Origin: Prevotella sp.
Lineage (GTDB): Bacteria; Bacteroidota; Bacteroidia; Bacteroidales; Dysgonomonadaceae
NCBI GenBank assembly: GCA_031285625.1
Contig: JAITVV010000018.1
Span: 1-64,000, forward strand
Direction of reading: 5' to 3'
Length of the DNA: 64,000 nt
In this document: in pieces, positions 39,950 to 49,085 of the stretch
Layout: each line of letters starts with the position of its first letter
Numbering within the stretch: the first letter of the stretch is position 1
Position numbers and translations under genes: made by a program
The notes under the pieces: model-generated
What the model was told of the DNA's origin: nothing
Databases searched by the model: none
Seen by the model: the letters and a program-made list of their open reading frames with translations, nothing else

Positions 39950-40492
39950 ATGAAGACTATATTCTTATTTCTTACAACCGGATTTGAAGAAATCGAAGCG
40001 CTGGGTACTCTTGATATTCTGCGTCGTGCGGAACTTGATGTTAAATCAGTATCGTTGACTGATAGCAAACAAGTAACGAGTAGTCGTAACGTTTTAGTTG
40101 TAGCCGATCTGATGTTTGATCAGGTTGACTTTTCTCAGGCTGAGATGTTGGTTCTGCCTGGTGGCACACCTAAATTTAATGATCATGAGAATATGAAGAA
40201 GGAACTTTTAGCCTTTGCCAATAAAGGTAATAAAGTTGCAGCTATATGTGCTTCACCAATGGTACTTGGTGGATTAGGTTTGCTTGAAGGGAAAAATGCA
40301 ACTTGCTATCCCGGCTTTGAGCAGTACCTCAAAGGAGCTACTCTTCAAACCGACAAATCTGTGGTTATAGATGGAAATATCACTACAGGTCGTGGTCCGG
40401 GACTAACTATAGATTTTGCCCTCAGTCTGGTAGAGCAACTTGCTGGTAAAGCTAAGAGGGATGAAGTAGCTGCCGGATTATTGGTTCAATAA
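39950..40492 (+). CDS. DJ-1/YajL(ThiJ) family protein
   Basis: GFEEIE, LPGG, AAICASP, ATCYPG, TGRGPG. Confidence 0.92.
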   Translation: MKTIFLFLTTGFEEIEALGTLDILRRAELDVKSVSLTDSKQVTSSRNVLVVADLMFDQVDFSQAEMLVLPGGTPKFNDHENMKKELLAFANKGNKVAAICASPMVLGGLGLLEGKNATCYPGFEQYLKGATLQTDKSVVIDGNITTGRGPGLTIDFALSLVEQLAGKAKRDEVAAGLLVQ

Positions 40493-40573
40493 AATTTATT
40501 TAGGAATGATGGGGTGCGAATCTCATCATTTCTAATATTATTCTATATAATATTAAGTAACACAACTCTAAAA

Positions 40574-41260
40574 ATGGAATTTTTACATGAAGTTTGGACC
40601 TTCTTTCTTAATTTGTTAAGAGATACAGGTGGAACGTTAGACATGCTTGTAACAGAATATGGTGTATGGGTATATGCTATATTATTTTTGATTATCTTTT
40701 GTGAAACCGGATTGGTTGTAACACCCTTTTTACCAGGTGATTCTCTATTATTCTTAGCAGGAGCCATCGCTGTACGTCCCGATAATCCATTACACATTTA
40801 TTTCCTCGTTGGTATTCTGATTGTAGCAGCTATTATAGGAGATGCCGCCAATTACACCATCGGGCGATTTTTTGGACAGAAACTATTTAGTAATCCTAAA
40901 TCTAAAATATTTAAGCAAGAGTATCTGGAAAAAACGAATAAGTTTTATGAGAAGCATGGAGGTAAGACTATTATCCTAGCACGCTTTGTCCCTATTGTAC
41001 GCACATTTGCTCCATTTGTAGCCGGCATGGGTAGAATGAGTTATAAACATTTCTTCTCATATAATGTTATAGGAGGTATAGCCTGGGTTTGTATATTCTG
41101 TGCTTTGGGCGCTATTATAGGTAGTAATGCTTGGGTTGAAAAGAACTTGGATAAGGTTGTAATAATTATTGTAATTGTTTCCATCTTACCTGGTGTATAT
41201 GAAGTTGCCAAAGCAAAATGGGTATCAAGGAAGGAAGCTAAAGCTAAAGCAGAGAACTAA
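40574..41260 (+). CDS. DedA family membrane protein
   Basis: FCETGLVVTPFLPGDSLLF, ARFVPIVRTFAPFVAG. Likely ATG 40574. Confidence 0.93.
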   Translation: MEFLHEVWTFFLNLLRDTGGTLDMLVTEYGVWVYAILFLIIFCETGLVVTPFLPGDSLLFLAGAIAVRPDNPLHIYFLVGILIVAAIIGDAANYTIGRFFGQKLFSNPKSKIFKQEYLEKTNKFYEKHGGKTIILARFVPIVRTFAPFVAGMGRMSYKHFFSYNVIGGIAWVCIFCALGAIIGSNAWVEKNLDKVVIIIVIVSILPGVYEVAKAKWVSRKEAKAKAEN

Positions 41261-41362
41261 AATATAGATTTATTATCTTAATTCTTTTACCACTTACACT
41301 TATAGGGATAATTGTGCCCTACGGTGAAGGTGGTTTTTTATTTATTAAAAAACGATCTACAT

Positions 41363-42661
41363 ATGAGTCAAATTGCAAATATCCCTGATTCAGGAAGTAA
41401 GAAAAGGTTAGTAATAATAGGAGGTGGCTTTGCTGGTCTGGAGCTGGCAAAAAAGATCAATAAAAGTCATTATCAGGTGGTATTAATTGATAAGAATAAT
41501 TATTATCAATTTCAACCATTGTTTTATCAGGTTGCCACAGGCGGTTTGGAACCAAGCTCTATATCTTACCCGCACCGGAAGAACTTTCAGAAGAATAAGA
41601 ACTTTCATTTTCGCATGTGTGAGGCAGAATGTGTGGAGGCGGAGAATAAATTGGTAAAAACGAATATTGGAGATATTACTTATGATTATCTGGTAGTATC
41701 TACAGGATGCGATACCAATTATTTTGGAAATGATAGCCTGAAAGAGAGTACCTTTGCTCTGAAAACCGTATCAGAATCCCTTTTACTCAGAAACCGTATT
41801 TTATTAAGTTTTGAAGAAGCTTTAAATGCTAAGGATGACAAAGAATTAAGAGAAATATTATCTTTTGTTATAGTAGGTGGAGGTGCTACCGGAGTAGAGC
41901 TAGCTGGCGCTTTGGCCGATATGAAAAAATCTATTTTGCCAAAAGACTATCCTGAAATAGATTTTTCCAAGATGGAAATACATTTAGTAGATGCATCTCC
42001 CAGATTGTTATTTGCAATGTCGGAAAAAGCTTCGGAGAATGCCGCTAAAACATTGCGGGGTAGGGGAGTCATAATCCATCAGGATATTTCTGTTAAATCT
42101 TATAATAAACCTTGTGTCGAAATAAGTGATGGCACCCATCTTTATACCCGTAATGTGTTTTGGGTGGCCGGGGTGAAACCAAATAGTCTGAAGGGACTCG
42201 AAGAAACGGCCTATAACCGGGGACGCCTTGCCGTAAATGAATTTAATCAGGTGCAAGGTTATGATGACATCTTTGCTATTGGAGATACAGCATTATTGAT
42301 ATCTGACAATAGTCCCAAGGGGCATCCTCAAGTTGCACAAGTAGCTTTACAGATGGCTAAGCGTTTAGCGAAGAATCTGAATAATACGGCTGAAGGCAAG
42401 AGCTGGGATAAGTTCTCCTATATAGATAAAGGATCTTTAGCTACAATCGGGCGAAATGCAGCTGTTGCAGACCTTGGTAAATTCCGTTTTGGTGGTTGGT
42501 TTGCATGGTGGTTGTGGTTATGGGTACATATCCTTTCTATAGTAGGTATGCGAAATAAAGTTTCCGTGTTTATTGATTGGGTATGGAGTTATCTTAACTA
42601 TGATGTATCTTTGCGTCTCTTTATCCGGCCTAAGTTTAATAAGATGTATAAGGAAGAATGA
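41363..42661 (+). CDS. ndh: Type II NADH dehydrogenase
   Basis: GGGFAG, FQPLFYQVAT, GGGATGVE, AQVALQ, KGSLATIGR. Likely ATG 41363. Confidence 0.92.
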   Translation: MSQIANIPDSGSKKRLVIIGGGFAGLELAKKINKSHYQVVLIDKNNYYQFQPLFYQVATGGLEPSSISYPHRKNFQKNKNFHFRMCEAECVEAENKLVKTNIGDITYDYLVVSTGCDTNYFGNDSLKESTFALKTVSESLLLRNRILLSFEEALNAKDDKELREILSFVIVGGGATGVELAGALADMKKSILPKDYPEIDFSKMEIHLVDASPRLLFAMSEKASENAAKTLRGRGVIIHQDISVKSYNKPCVEISDGTHLYTRNVFWVAGVKPNSLKGLEETAYNRGRLAVNEFNQVQGYDDIFAIGDTALLISDNSPKGHPQVAQVALQMAKRLAKNLNNTAEGKSWDKFSYIDKGSLATIGRNAAVADLGKFRFGGWFAWWLWLWVHILSIVGMRNKVSVFIDWVWSYLNYDVSLRLFIRPKFNKMYKEE

Positions 42662-43185
42662 ACTTTATAAGAGTGAATGAAAATGATGGATGGTATAAAC
42701 AAATTCTCGAAATTTATAAGCCATCTTTTCCTCTATACGAACAAAGAAACGAAGAGCAGCAGAGAAAGGCTTTTGAAGATAATCGTTATCATCTTTTGGC
42801 AAAACTGGCTGAAAATGATGATTTCAAACTAGCCTCTTTTATTTCATACTGGGATTTTGACAGCTATGTTTATATCGAGCATTTTGCTGTAAATTCAATC
42901 ATGAGAGGTCAAAATATTGGGAGTTCTTCATTAAAGCTATTTGCTGACCTTATTAAGAAGCCTGTTTTATTAGAAATAGATCCTTTAGTCGACGATATTT
43001 CGAAGAGCCGTTTTCATTTTTATGAAAAACTGGGCTATCAATTAAATACTTATAAACATTTTCATCCGGCATATAATCCGGAGTTTAAGCCTCATGAATT
43101 ATTGGTATTGAGCTATCCGGAAAAGATTGATCAAAAGCAATATGACCAATTTCGACATGATTTGGAATATGTTGTCATGAAATGA
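42658..43185 (+). CDS. GNAT family acetyltransferase
   Basis: YIEHFAV...RGQNIG, FYEKLG. Confidence 0.85.
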   Translation: MNFIRVNENDGWYKQILEIYKPSFPLYEQRNEEQQRKAFEDNRYHLLAKLAENDDFKLASFISYWDFDSYVYIEHFAVNSIMRGQNIGSSSLKLFADLIKKPVLLEIDPLVDDISKSRFHFYEKLGYQLNTYKHFHPAYNPEFKPHELLVLSYPEKIDQKQYDQFRHDLEYVVMK

Positions 43186-43187
43186 TT

Positions 43188-43979
43188 TTATCTGCTATCT
43201 TTAAGGTATAAATACCAATAGACGCACCCAACTAGAAGTACACCTCCAACCAGATTGCCTAAGGTGGCAGGTATTAGGTTCTGAATTATAAAGTCACCCC
43301 ATGCTACACCAGCTCCCGAATAGATTGCTGCAGGAATAAAAAACATATTGGCTATAGAGTGTTCATAACCTAGTGTAACAAATAGCATGACTGGAATCCA
43401 GATTCCAATACATTTACCTATGATATCCTTAGATGCATATCCCATCCACATACCTAAACATACCAGCCAGTTAGCGCCGATTCCTTTTATAAAAACAGTG
43501 TAGAAATCTTGATTTACTTTGGCTTCTGCAAGATGATGTAAGTACGATTGCCAAGGCTCTTTATCGAAAAATCCAATACTGGAACTAAACCAATAGGCTA
43601 TTATCTGAGCCCCTAAGAAGTTGAAAATATAAGATAAAGTCAGGAACTTAATGAACGCTGGAATTCGTATTCTATTCTGTAATAATGGTATAGAAAAAGC
43701 TGTGCAATCACTGGTAAATAAATCAGCCCCTGTGAAAGAAACAATAATTAATCCGACAGGAAATAAAGCTCCGGCAATGAATTTTACTAATCCGGGATTC
43801 TCTGTGCCTAGTCCGGGTATCCCACCCGCAACCATAACAGACAACAGCCCTCCAAAGGCAATAAATACCCCACCAAGTATAGCGATAATACAGAACTTTA
43901 TAAGTGATAGATTCATTTTGTAAACACCGGAATTTGCAAACTCCTTTGCGATATCTGTGGGGTCATTATAATTTTTCAT
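43188..43979 (-). CDS. focA: Formate/nitrite transporter (FocA-like)
   Basis: FPVGL, GADLFT, KGIGANWLVC, YEHSIANMF, TLGNLVGG; follows pflA. Confidence 0.88.
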   Translation of the reverse strand: MKNYNDPTDIAKEFANSGVYKMNLSLIKFCIIAILGGVFIAFGGLLSVMVAGGIPGLGTENPGLVKFIAGALFPVGLIIVSFTGADLFTSDCTAFSIPLLQNRIRIPAFIKFLTLSYIFNFLGAQIIAYWFSSSIGFFDKEPWQSYLHHLAEAKVNQDFYTVFIKGIGANWLVCLGMWMGYASKDIIGKCIGIWIPVMLFVTLGYEHSIANMFFIPAAIYSGAGVAWGDFIIQNLIPATLGNLVGGVLLVGCVYWYLYLKDSR

Positions 43980-43994
43980 TATTTACTTTAGATT

Positions 43995-44720
43995 TCAGTA
44001 TATTAGCTTTAGTCCATTATTCCGAAAAATGCTTTCAGCGTTTTCTATTTCGGCTTGGGTAGGAGTCGGTACATCCTTAAGTTTGTATTGCTGTTCTATT
44101 TCTTCCCATTTATGTAATCCCATCTGATGAAAAGGAAGGATATCCACCCTTTCCACATTCTCAAATTTTGACGCATATACAGCCCAATTATTCAAGTCTT
44201 CCGCATCATCAGTAAAACCCGGAACAAGAACATATCTTAGCCATACAGGTTTCTGGATTTCTGACAAATACTCCATAAACCTGAATGTTGGTTCGAGAGG
44301 TCTTGCTGTCAGATTTTTATATTTTTTGGGATTAATATGCTTTATATCGAGTAGAACAAGGTCAGTATATTCCAAAACTTCTTTTACTTTATTATTTAGA
44401 ACATAACCTGATGTATCAACTGCGGTATGTAGTCCCTCAGTTTTGCATAACTTGAATAGTTCAGTGACGAACTCTGACTGTAAAAGAGGTTCACCTCCAG
44501 ATACAGTTACTCCTCCGTTTTTAATAAAGGACTTGATTTTGAGTATATCAGACAGAACTTCTTCAGGTGATAACTCATATTTTTTATCAGCAATATTCCA
44601 TGTATCAGGATTGTGACAATAAAGGCATCTTAGCGGACAGCCTTGCATAAATAATACAAAGCGAATACCTGGTCCGTCTTTAGTGCCGAATGTTTCAAAT
44701 GAATGTATCAATCCCTTCAT
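43995..44720 (-). CDS. pflA: Pyruvate formate-lyase activating enzyme (radical SAM)
   Basis: DGPGIR, CPLRCLYCHNPD, SGGEP, LPFHQMG. Confidence 0.96.
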   Translation of the reverse strand: MKGLIHSFETFGTKDGPGIRFVLFMQGCPLRCLYCHNPDTWNIADKKYELSPEEVLSDILKIKSFIKNGGVTVSGGEPLLQSEFVTELFKLCKTEGLHTAVDTSGYVLNNKVKEVLEYTDLVLLDIKHINPKKYKNLTARPLEPTFRFMEYLSEIQKPVWLRYVLVPGFTDDAEDLNNWAVYASKFENVERVDILPFHQMGLHKWEEIEQQYKLKDVPTPTQAEIENAESIFRNNGLKLIY

Positions 44721-44740
44721 TCCGATAGTTATGAATAGAA

Positions 44741-44773
44741 ATCAGGCAGAAATGGAAGCCCAATCTGCCTGAT
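44741..44773 (-). terminator. Hairpin between pflB and pflA (partial terminator or mRNA stabiliser)
   Basis: atcaggcaga/tctgcctgat 10-bp stem with a weak U tract. Confidence 0.55.
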
Positions 44774-44786
44774 AATAATTATACAA

Positions 44787-47018
44787 TTAGATGGACATAG
44801 TTATTGTCCTGTTTATAACATCTAACTGTTGTTCTCTTGTAAGTTTAATGAAATTAACAGCATAGCCTGATACCCGGATTGTTAACTGAGGATATTGCTC
44901 CGGATGCTCCATAGCATCAATCAATAGTTGCCTGTCAAAAACATTTACATTCAAATGATGTCCTGTCTGCAAGAAATATCCATCCAGTAATCCTGATAGA
45001 TTCTGCGCTTCTTCTTCCTTATTCTTCCCTAATGTATTTGGAGTAATAGCAAATGTATAAGATATACCATCATTTGCGTGTTCGAAAGGAAGTTTTGCTA
45101 CCGATGAAAGTGATGCTACTGCACCCTTGGTATCACGTCCGTGCATTGGATTAGCTCCGGGTGCGAACGGAGTGCCATCACGACGGCCATCAGGTGTATT
45201 ACCTGTTTTCTTTCCGTAAACGACATTAGATGTAATAGTCAATACAGACTGTGTAGGGATTGCATCCTTGTACATCTTACGTTTACGAATTTTGTTCATA
45301 AATGTTTCTACAATGTCTACCGCAAATTGGTCTGTACTATCATCATTATTTCCAAATGGAACATAGTCTTTCTCATTGATATAATCTATTGCATCTCCAT
45401 CAGCATCTCTTACAATACGTACTTTACCATACTTAATTGCTGCAAATGAGTCTGCAATGATGGATAGGCCCGACACGCCGAATGCCTGTGTGCGTACAAT
45501 ATCCACATCGTGAAGAGCCATTTCAAGGGCTTCGTATGAATATTTGTCGTGCATATAGTGGATTATGTTCAGGGCTTTTACATAGGTTTCTGCTACCCAG
45601 TCGAGTGTACGGTCAAATTTTTCCCATACTTCGTCAAAATCCAGATAATCGCCTGTCACTTTCTCTACCCAATGTTTAGGTAATACCTGAGCTTTTGTTT
45701 TTTCATCTTTACCTCCATTTATTGTGTAAAGTAACGCTTTAGGTAAATTGGCACGAGCTCCGAAAAACTGCATCTGATGGCCAATACGCATAGGTGAAAC
45801 ACAACATGCAATACCATAATCATCTCCTAGCTGAGGACGCATCAGATCGTCATTCTCGTATTGAAGGGAAGATGTGTCAATAGATACTTTTGCACAGTAT
45901 TTCTTCCATGGCTCAGGTAAACGGTCACTCCAAAGAATCGTCAGATTCGGTTCTGGAGCAGGTCCCAGATTATAGAGCGTATGCAGCATACGGAAACTGT
46001 TTTTTGTTACCATTGAGCGGCCATTGTTGGTCATACCTCCTATTGACTCCGTAACCCAAACCGGATCTCCTGAGAATAGCTCATTGTATTCACTGGTACG
46101 AAGGAAACGCACAATACGCAGCTTCATAACAAAATGGTCTATCATTTCCTGAGCCTCTTTCTCAGTAATGATACCATTCTTAAGATCGCGTTCGATATAG
46201 ATATCCAAAAAGGTAGTAACACGTCCCAAACTCATCGCAGCACCATTTTGATCTTTGATTGCACCCAGATACCCGAAATATGTCCACTGGATAGCTTCCT
46301 GTGCATTAGTAGCAGGCTTAGATATATCGAACCCATAAGCTGCCGCCATACGCTTAAGCGCTTTTAAGGCCTGTATCTGAGAACTTAATTCTTCACGAAG
46401 ACGGATCAGATCGTCTGTCATAACAATAGGATCACATTCTTTGAATCGTCTTTCACGTTCAACAATCAAACGGTCTACACCATAGAGGGCGACACGGCGA
46501 TAATCACCGATAATACGTCCACGCCCGTATGCATCTGGTAGTCCGGTTAGTAAGCCATTGCTTCTGGCACGACGGATACTATCGGTATATGCAGAGAATA
46601 CACCTTCGTTGTGAGTCCTGCGGTATTTGGAAAATATTTCAGTTGTGATTGGATCCAGTTTATAACCGTATTCTTCGAGACTTTGTTGCACCATACGGAG
46701 CCCTCCATTAGGGAAGATAGCCCTCTTAAGAGGTTTGTCTGCCTGTACACCCACTATCTTTTCCAGATCTTTGTCAATATAGCCTGCCCCATAAGCATCT
46801 ATCTGGGATGGAATCTTAGTTTCGGCATCATAGACACCTTTTTCTTTCTCTATTTTGAACATTTCACTGAGTTTATCCCACAATTTTGTGGTAGCTTCAG
46901 TTGGTCCTTCAAGAAAATTTTCATCACCAGTGTACTCTGTATAATTTTTCAGGATAAAATCGTTCACATCGATCTTATCTTTCCACTTTACTCCTGCAAA
47001 ATCTTTATATGCTTCCAT
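44787..47018 (-). CDS. pflB: Pyruvate formate-lyase (formate C-acetyltransferase)
   Basis: [16 protein letters not shown], adjacent active-site cysteines IACCVS, glycyl-radical motif TIRVSGYAV. Confidence 0.97.
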   Translation of the reverse strand: MEAYKDFAGVKWKDKIDVNDFILKNYTEYTGDENFLEGPTEATTKLWDKLSEMFKIEKEKGVYDAETKIPSQIDAYGAGYIDKDLEKIVGVQADKPLKRAIFPNGGLRMVQQSLEEYGYKLDPITTEIFSKYRRTHNEGVFSAYTDSIRRARSNGLLTGLPDAYGRGRIIGDYRRVALYGVDRLIVERERRFKECDPIVMTDDLIRLREELSSQIQALKALKRMAAAYGFDISKPATNAQEAIQWTYFGYLGAIKDQNGAAMSLGRVTTFLDIYIERDLKNGIITEKEAQEMIDHFVMKLRIVRFLRTSEYNELFSGDPVWVTESIGGMTNNGRSMVTKNSFRMLHTLYNLGPAPEPNLTILWSDRLPEPWKKYCAKVSIDTSSLQYENDDLMRPQLGDDYGIACCVSPMRIGHQMQFFGARANLPKALLYTINGGKDEKTKAQVLPKHWVEKVTGDYLDFDEVWEKFDRTLDWVAETYVKALNIIHYMHDKYSYEALEMALHDVDIVRTQAFGVSGLSIIADSFAAIKYGKVRIVRDADGDAIDYINEKDYVPFGNNDDSTDQFAVDIVETFMNKIRKRKMYKDAIPTQSVLTITSNVVYGKKTGNTPDGRRDGTPFAPGANPMHGRDTKGAVASLSSVAKLPFEHANDGISYTFAITPNTLGKNKEEEAQNLSGLLDGYFLQTGHHLNVNVFDRQLLIDAMEHPEQYPQLTIRVSGYAVNFIKLTREQQLDVINRTITMSI

Positions 47019-47187
47019 TTATTTAATTATTTATTAAAATATGTTTGTCCTTCTTTATGAAGCTTATCAGGGATAAATGAAGACAAAAAGTATGCCTAAC
47101 AATAGACATAAAAATTAAAATGCTTAAATAAAAAATAATAAAAGAGAATAAGAACACATTTTATATAAAATATATCAGAAGTTCTCC

Positions 47188-47473
47188 AGCTTTATTCCCC
47201 GAAAGCTTTAAACTACGTATTTTGGCAGGTCTTCTGACTTACTCCATCTTTGAGCGCCTTCCCGCTAATACCAATAGTTCTAAATTAATAGTTCAAATAC
47301 CTCCTACTTTTTTTCATGGATAGTTTTTGTTGACCATTAACTGTAACTATTACAGCAGTGGATTGAGTTAACTCAAAGACTTTGGTGGAGCTTACAGCAG
47401 CGGGTCTGTTCCGGATTTACACCGGATTCCCTTTTCACCACTTTGTACGGATGTATAAAGTGACACCAAAATG
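47188..47473 (-). ncRNA. Cobalamin (B12) riboswitch with downstream P13 hairpin
   Basis: Minus strand reads ttttggt...aaagggaatccggtgtaaatccggaacagacccgctgctgtaag...ccactg...gggaagg...agtcagaagacctgcc (B12 box). The P13 loop CGGGGAAU can pair with L5 ACCCG. Confidence 0.93.
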
Positions 47474-47479
47474 TGGCAT

Positions 47480-47510
47480 CAAAGATAAGAATTTTTATGT
47501 AAATCTTCAA
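47480..47510 (-). promoter_or_regulatory. Primary-sigma promoter of the riboswitch-pfl transcript
   Basis: TTG, 20-nt spacer, TATCTTTG (47487-47480), directly before riboswitch P1. Confidence 0.75.
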
Positions 47511-47577
47511 TTAAAATAAATCAAAGACGGATCTGTGGATTTTATGGATATAGATCTATTGTTAAATACTCTGAAAC

Positions 47578-47611
47578 AATGTGGGTCAATAGCTCTCTAT
47601 CAACCCACATT
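47578..47611 (-). terminator. Terminator after susD
   Basis: aatgtgggt/acccacatt stem. Confidence 0.65.
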
Positions 47612-47622
47612 TTACAAATTAA

Positions 47623-49062
47623 TTAATACCCCGGATTCTGTATCAGTTTTGTCGAATTCATGTCGGATATCGGGATAGGTAATATCTCATGAATTCCTTT
47701 TTTGAAACCTCTGAAAGCTAAAACTTCCGCAGCCTTTCCTATTCGAACTAAATCGAACCATCGATGTCCCTCCATAGCTAGTTCTAATCTGCGTTCTTCA
47801 TAAATATTATCTAACGTAGCAGGTTTGGAGCCCAGTCCTACCCTGCTTCTAACCTTATCCAAATAATATTGAGCCTTAGCAAGATCTCCTCCTCCTCTGA
47901 CTATAGCCTCTGCCTCCATAAGATATGTGTCGGCTACGCGGATTTCGATAACATTGAAGTCCCAGTTCAAAGCGGCTGGATATTGGGTATTCACATATTC
48001 TAATTTTGGAGAATATTTATTTGTAAAATAGCCTGTATTTTGGTATCCTGCAGAATATGTAGCACCTTCTGTTTCCACCAGTTTATTTACATCGATAATA
48101 GTGTATGGATAACGTGGATCATTTTCCATTGATTTTACAAAATCAAGGATAACTGGATTAAAACCATACCCGTTGTGATAATATGGTCCTATATAATCCC
48201 GGATACCCAGATAATCACCTAATCGATTGCCAAAATTACTGGCTTCCCCTTTATATGTAACTTCAAAAATAGATTCTGAGTGAAATTTATTTTTAGGATC
48301 AAACAACTTACCAAAATCACTTATTAAAGAATAAAGAGGGGATGAGTTTACTTTTTCGAAATAATCGGCAGCCTCAAGCATTCTGCTTTCATCGTTTTGA
48401 GTTAAAATAACTTTGCCTAATAGTGCATTTCCCGCACCTTTTGTTATTCGTCCTTTTTCATCATCGCTTCTTTCTTCCGGTAGGTCTGGAATGGCTGCTT
48501 TTAGGTCTGTTTCTATCTGAGCATAAACATCCTCAGGCTTCGCTTGTTCAACATCATATACTTCCATTGTCTTCAATACCTCAGTTATTAATGGTACATT
48601 CTTGAAAGAACGCACCAACCAAAAGTTGTAATAAGCTCTTAACCATTTTGCTTCAGCAATGTATTGTTTTTTTAGATTATCCGTCATTCCCGGGATATTA
48701 TCAATCTTTGATAAAAGTACATTACAGCGATAGATTCCCAGGTAAGATCTTTCCCAAATCGATGATTGAGGACCAACACTTTCGTCCAGAGTGTAATTAC
48801 CCCATACCTGAAAATGATTCCAGTCTGCTGCGCCACCACCACCAAGATAACATTCATCAGAAGCAGAAGTTGCTCCCATGACTGCAATAGACCAAATATC
48901 CCTTAATGGCTGATATGCGGCAACTAAAGCTGCAAAGGCCTCCTGAGAATCTTTATAATAATCCGATTCAAGATCTATCCCTTTTGGTTTCACATCCAAA
49001 AAGTCATCGCAACTACAAAATATTAATGTCAACAGACTTATTATTAAAATATATTTTTTCAT
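47623..49062 (-). CDS. SusD/RagB family lipoprotein
   Basis: Lipobox FCSC followed by DDFLD; EAKWLRAYY, ERRLELAMEGHRWFDLVR, QNPGY. Confidence 0.95.
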   Translation of the reverse strand: MKKYILIISLLTLIFCSCDDFLDVKPKGIDLESDYYKDSQEAFAALVAAYQPLRDIWSIAVMGATSASDECYLGGGGAADWNHFQVWGNYTLDESVGPQSSIWERSYLGIYRCNVLLSKIDNIPGMTDNLKKQYIAEAKWLRAYYNFWLVRSFKNVPLITEVLKTMEVYDVEQAKPEDVYAQIETDLKAAIPDLPEERSDDEKGRITKGAGNALLGKVILTQNDESRMLEAADYFEKVNSSPLYSLISDFGKLFDPKNKFHSESIFEVTYKGEASNFGNRLGDYLGIRDYIGPYYHNGYGFNPVILDFVKSMENDPRYPYTIIDVNKLVETEGATYSAGYQNTGYFTNKYSPKLEYVNTQYPAALNWDFNVIEIRVADTYLMEAEAIVRGGGDLAKAQYYLDKVRSRVGLGSKPATLDNIYEERRLELAMEGHRWFDLVRIGKAAEVLAFRGFKKGIHEILPIPISDMNSTKLIQNPGY

Positions 49063-49085
49063 AATCGTAGATTAATAGTTTTTGA

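Noticed and set aside
47188-47473. ZTP (pfl-motif) riboswitch, expected upstream of pfl
   Set aside because: The sequence carries cobalamin-class signatures (AGGGAA, CCCG loop, CCACTG/GGGAAG, B12 box) rather than the ZTP motif.
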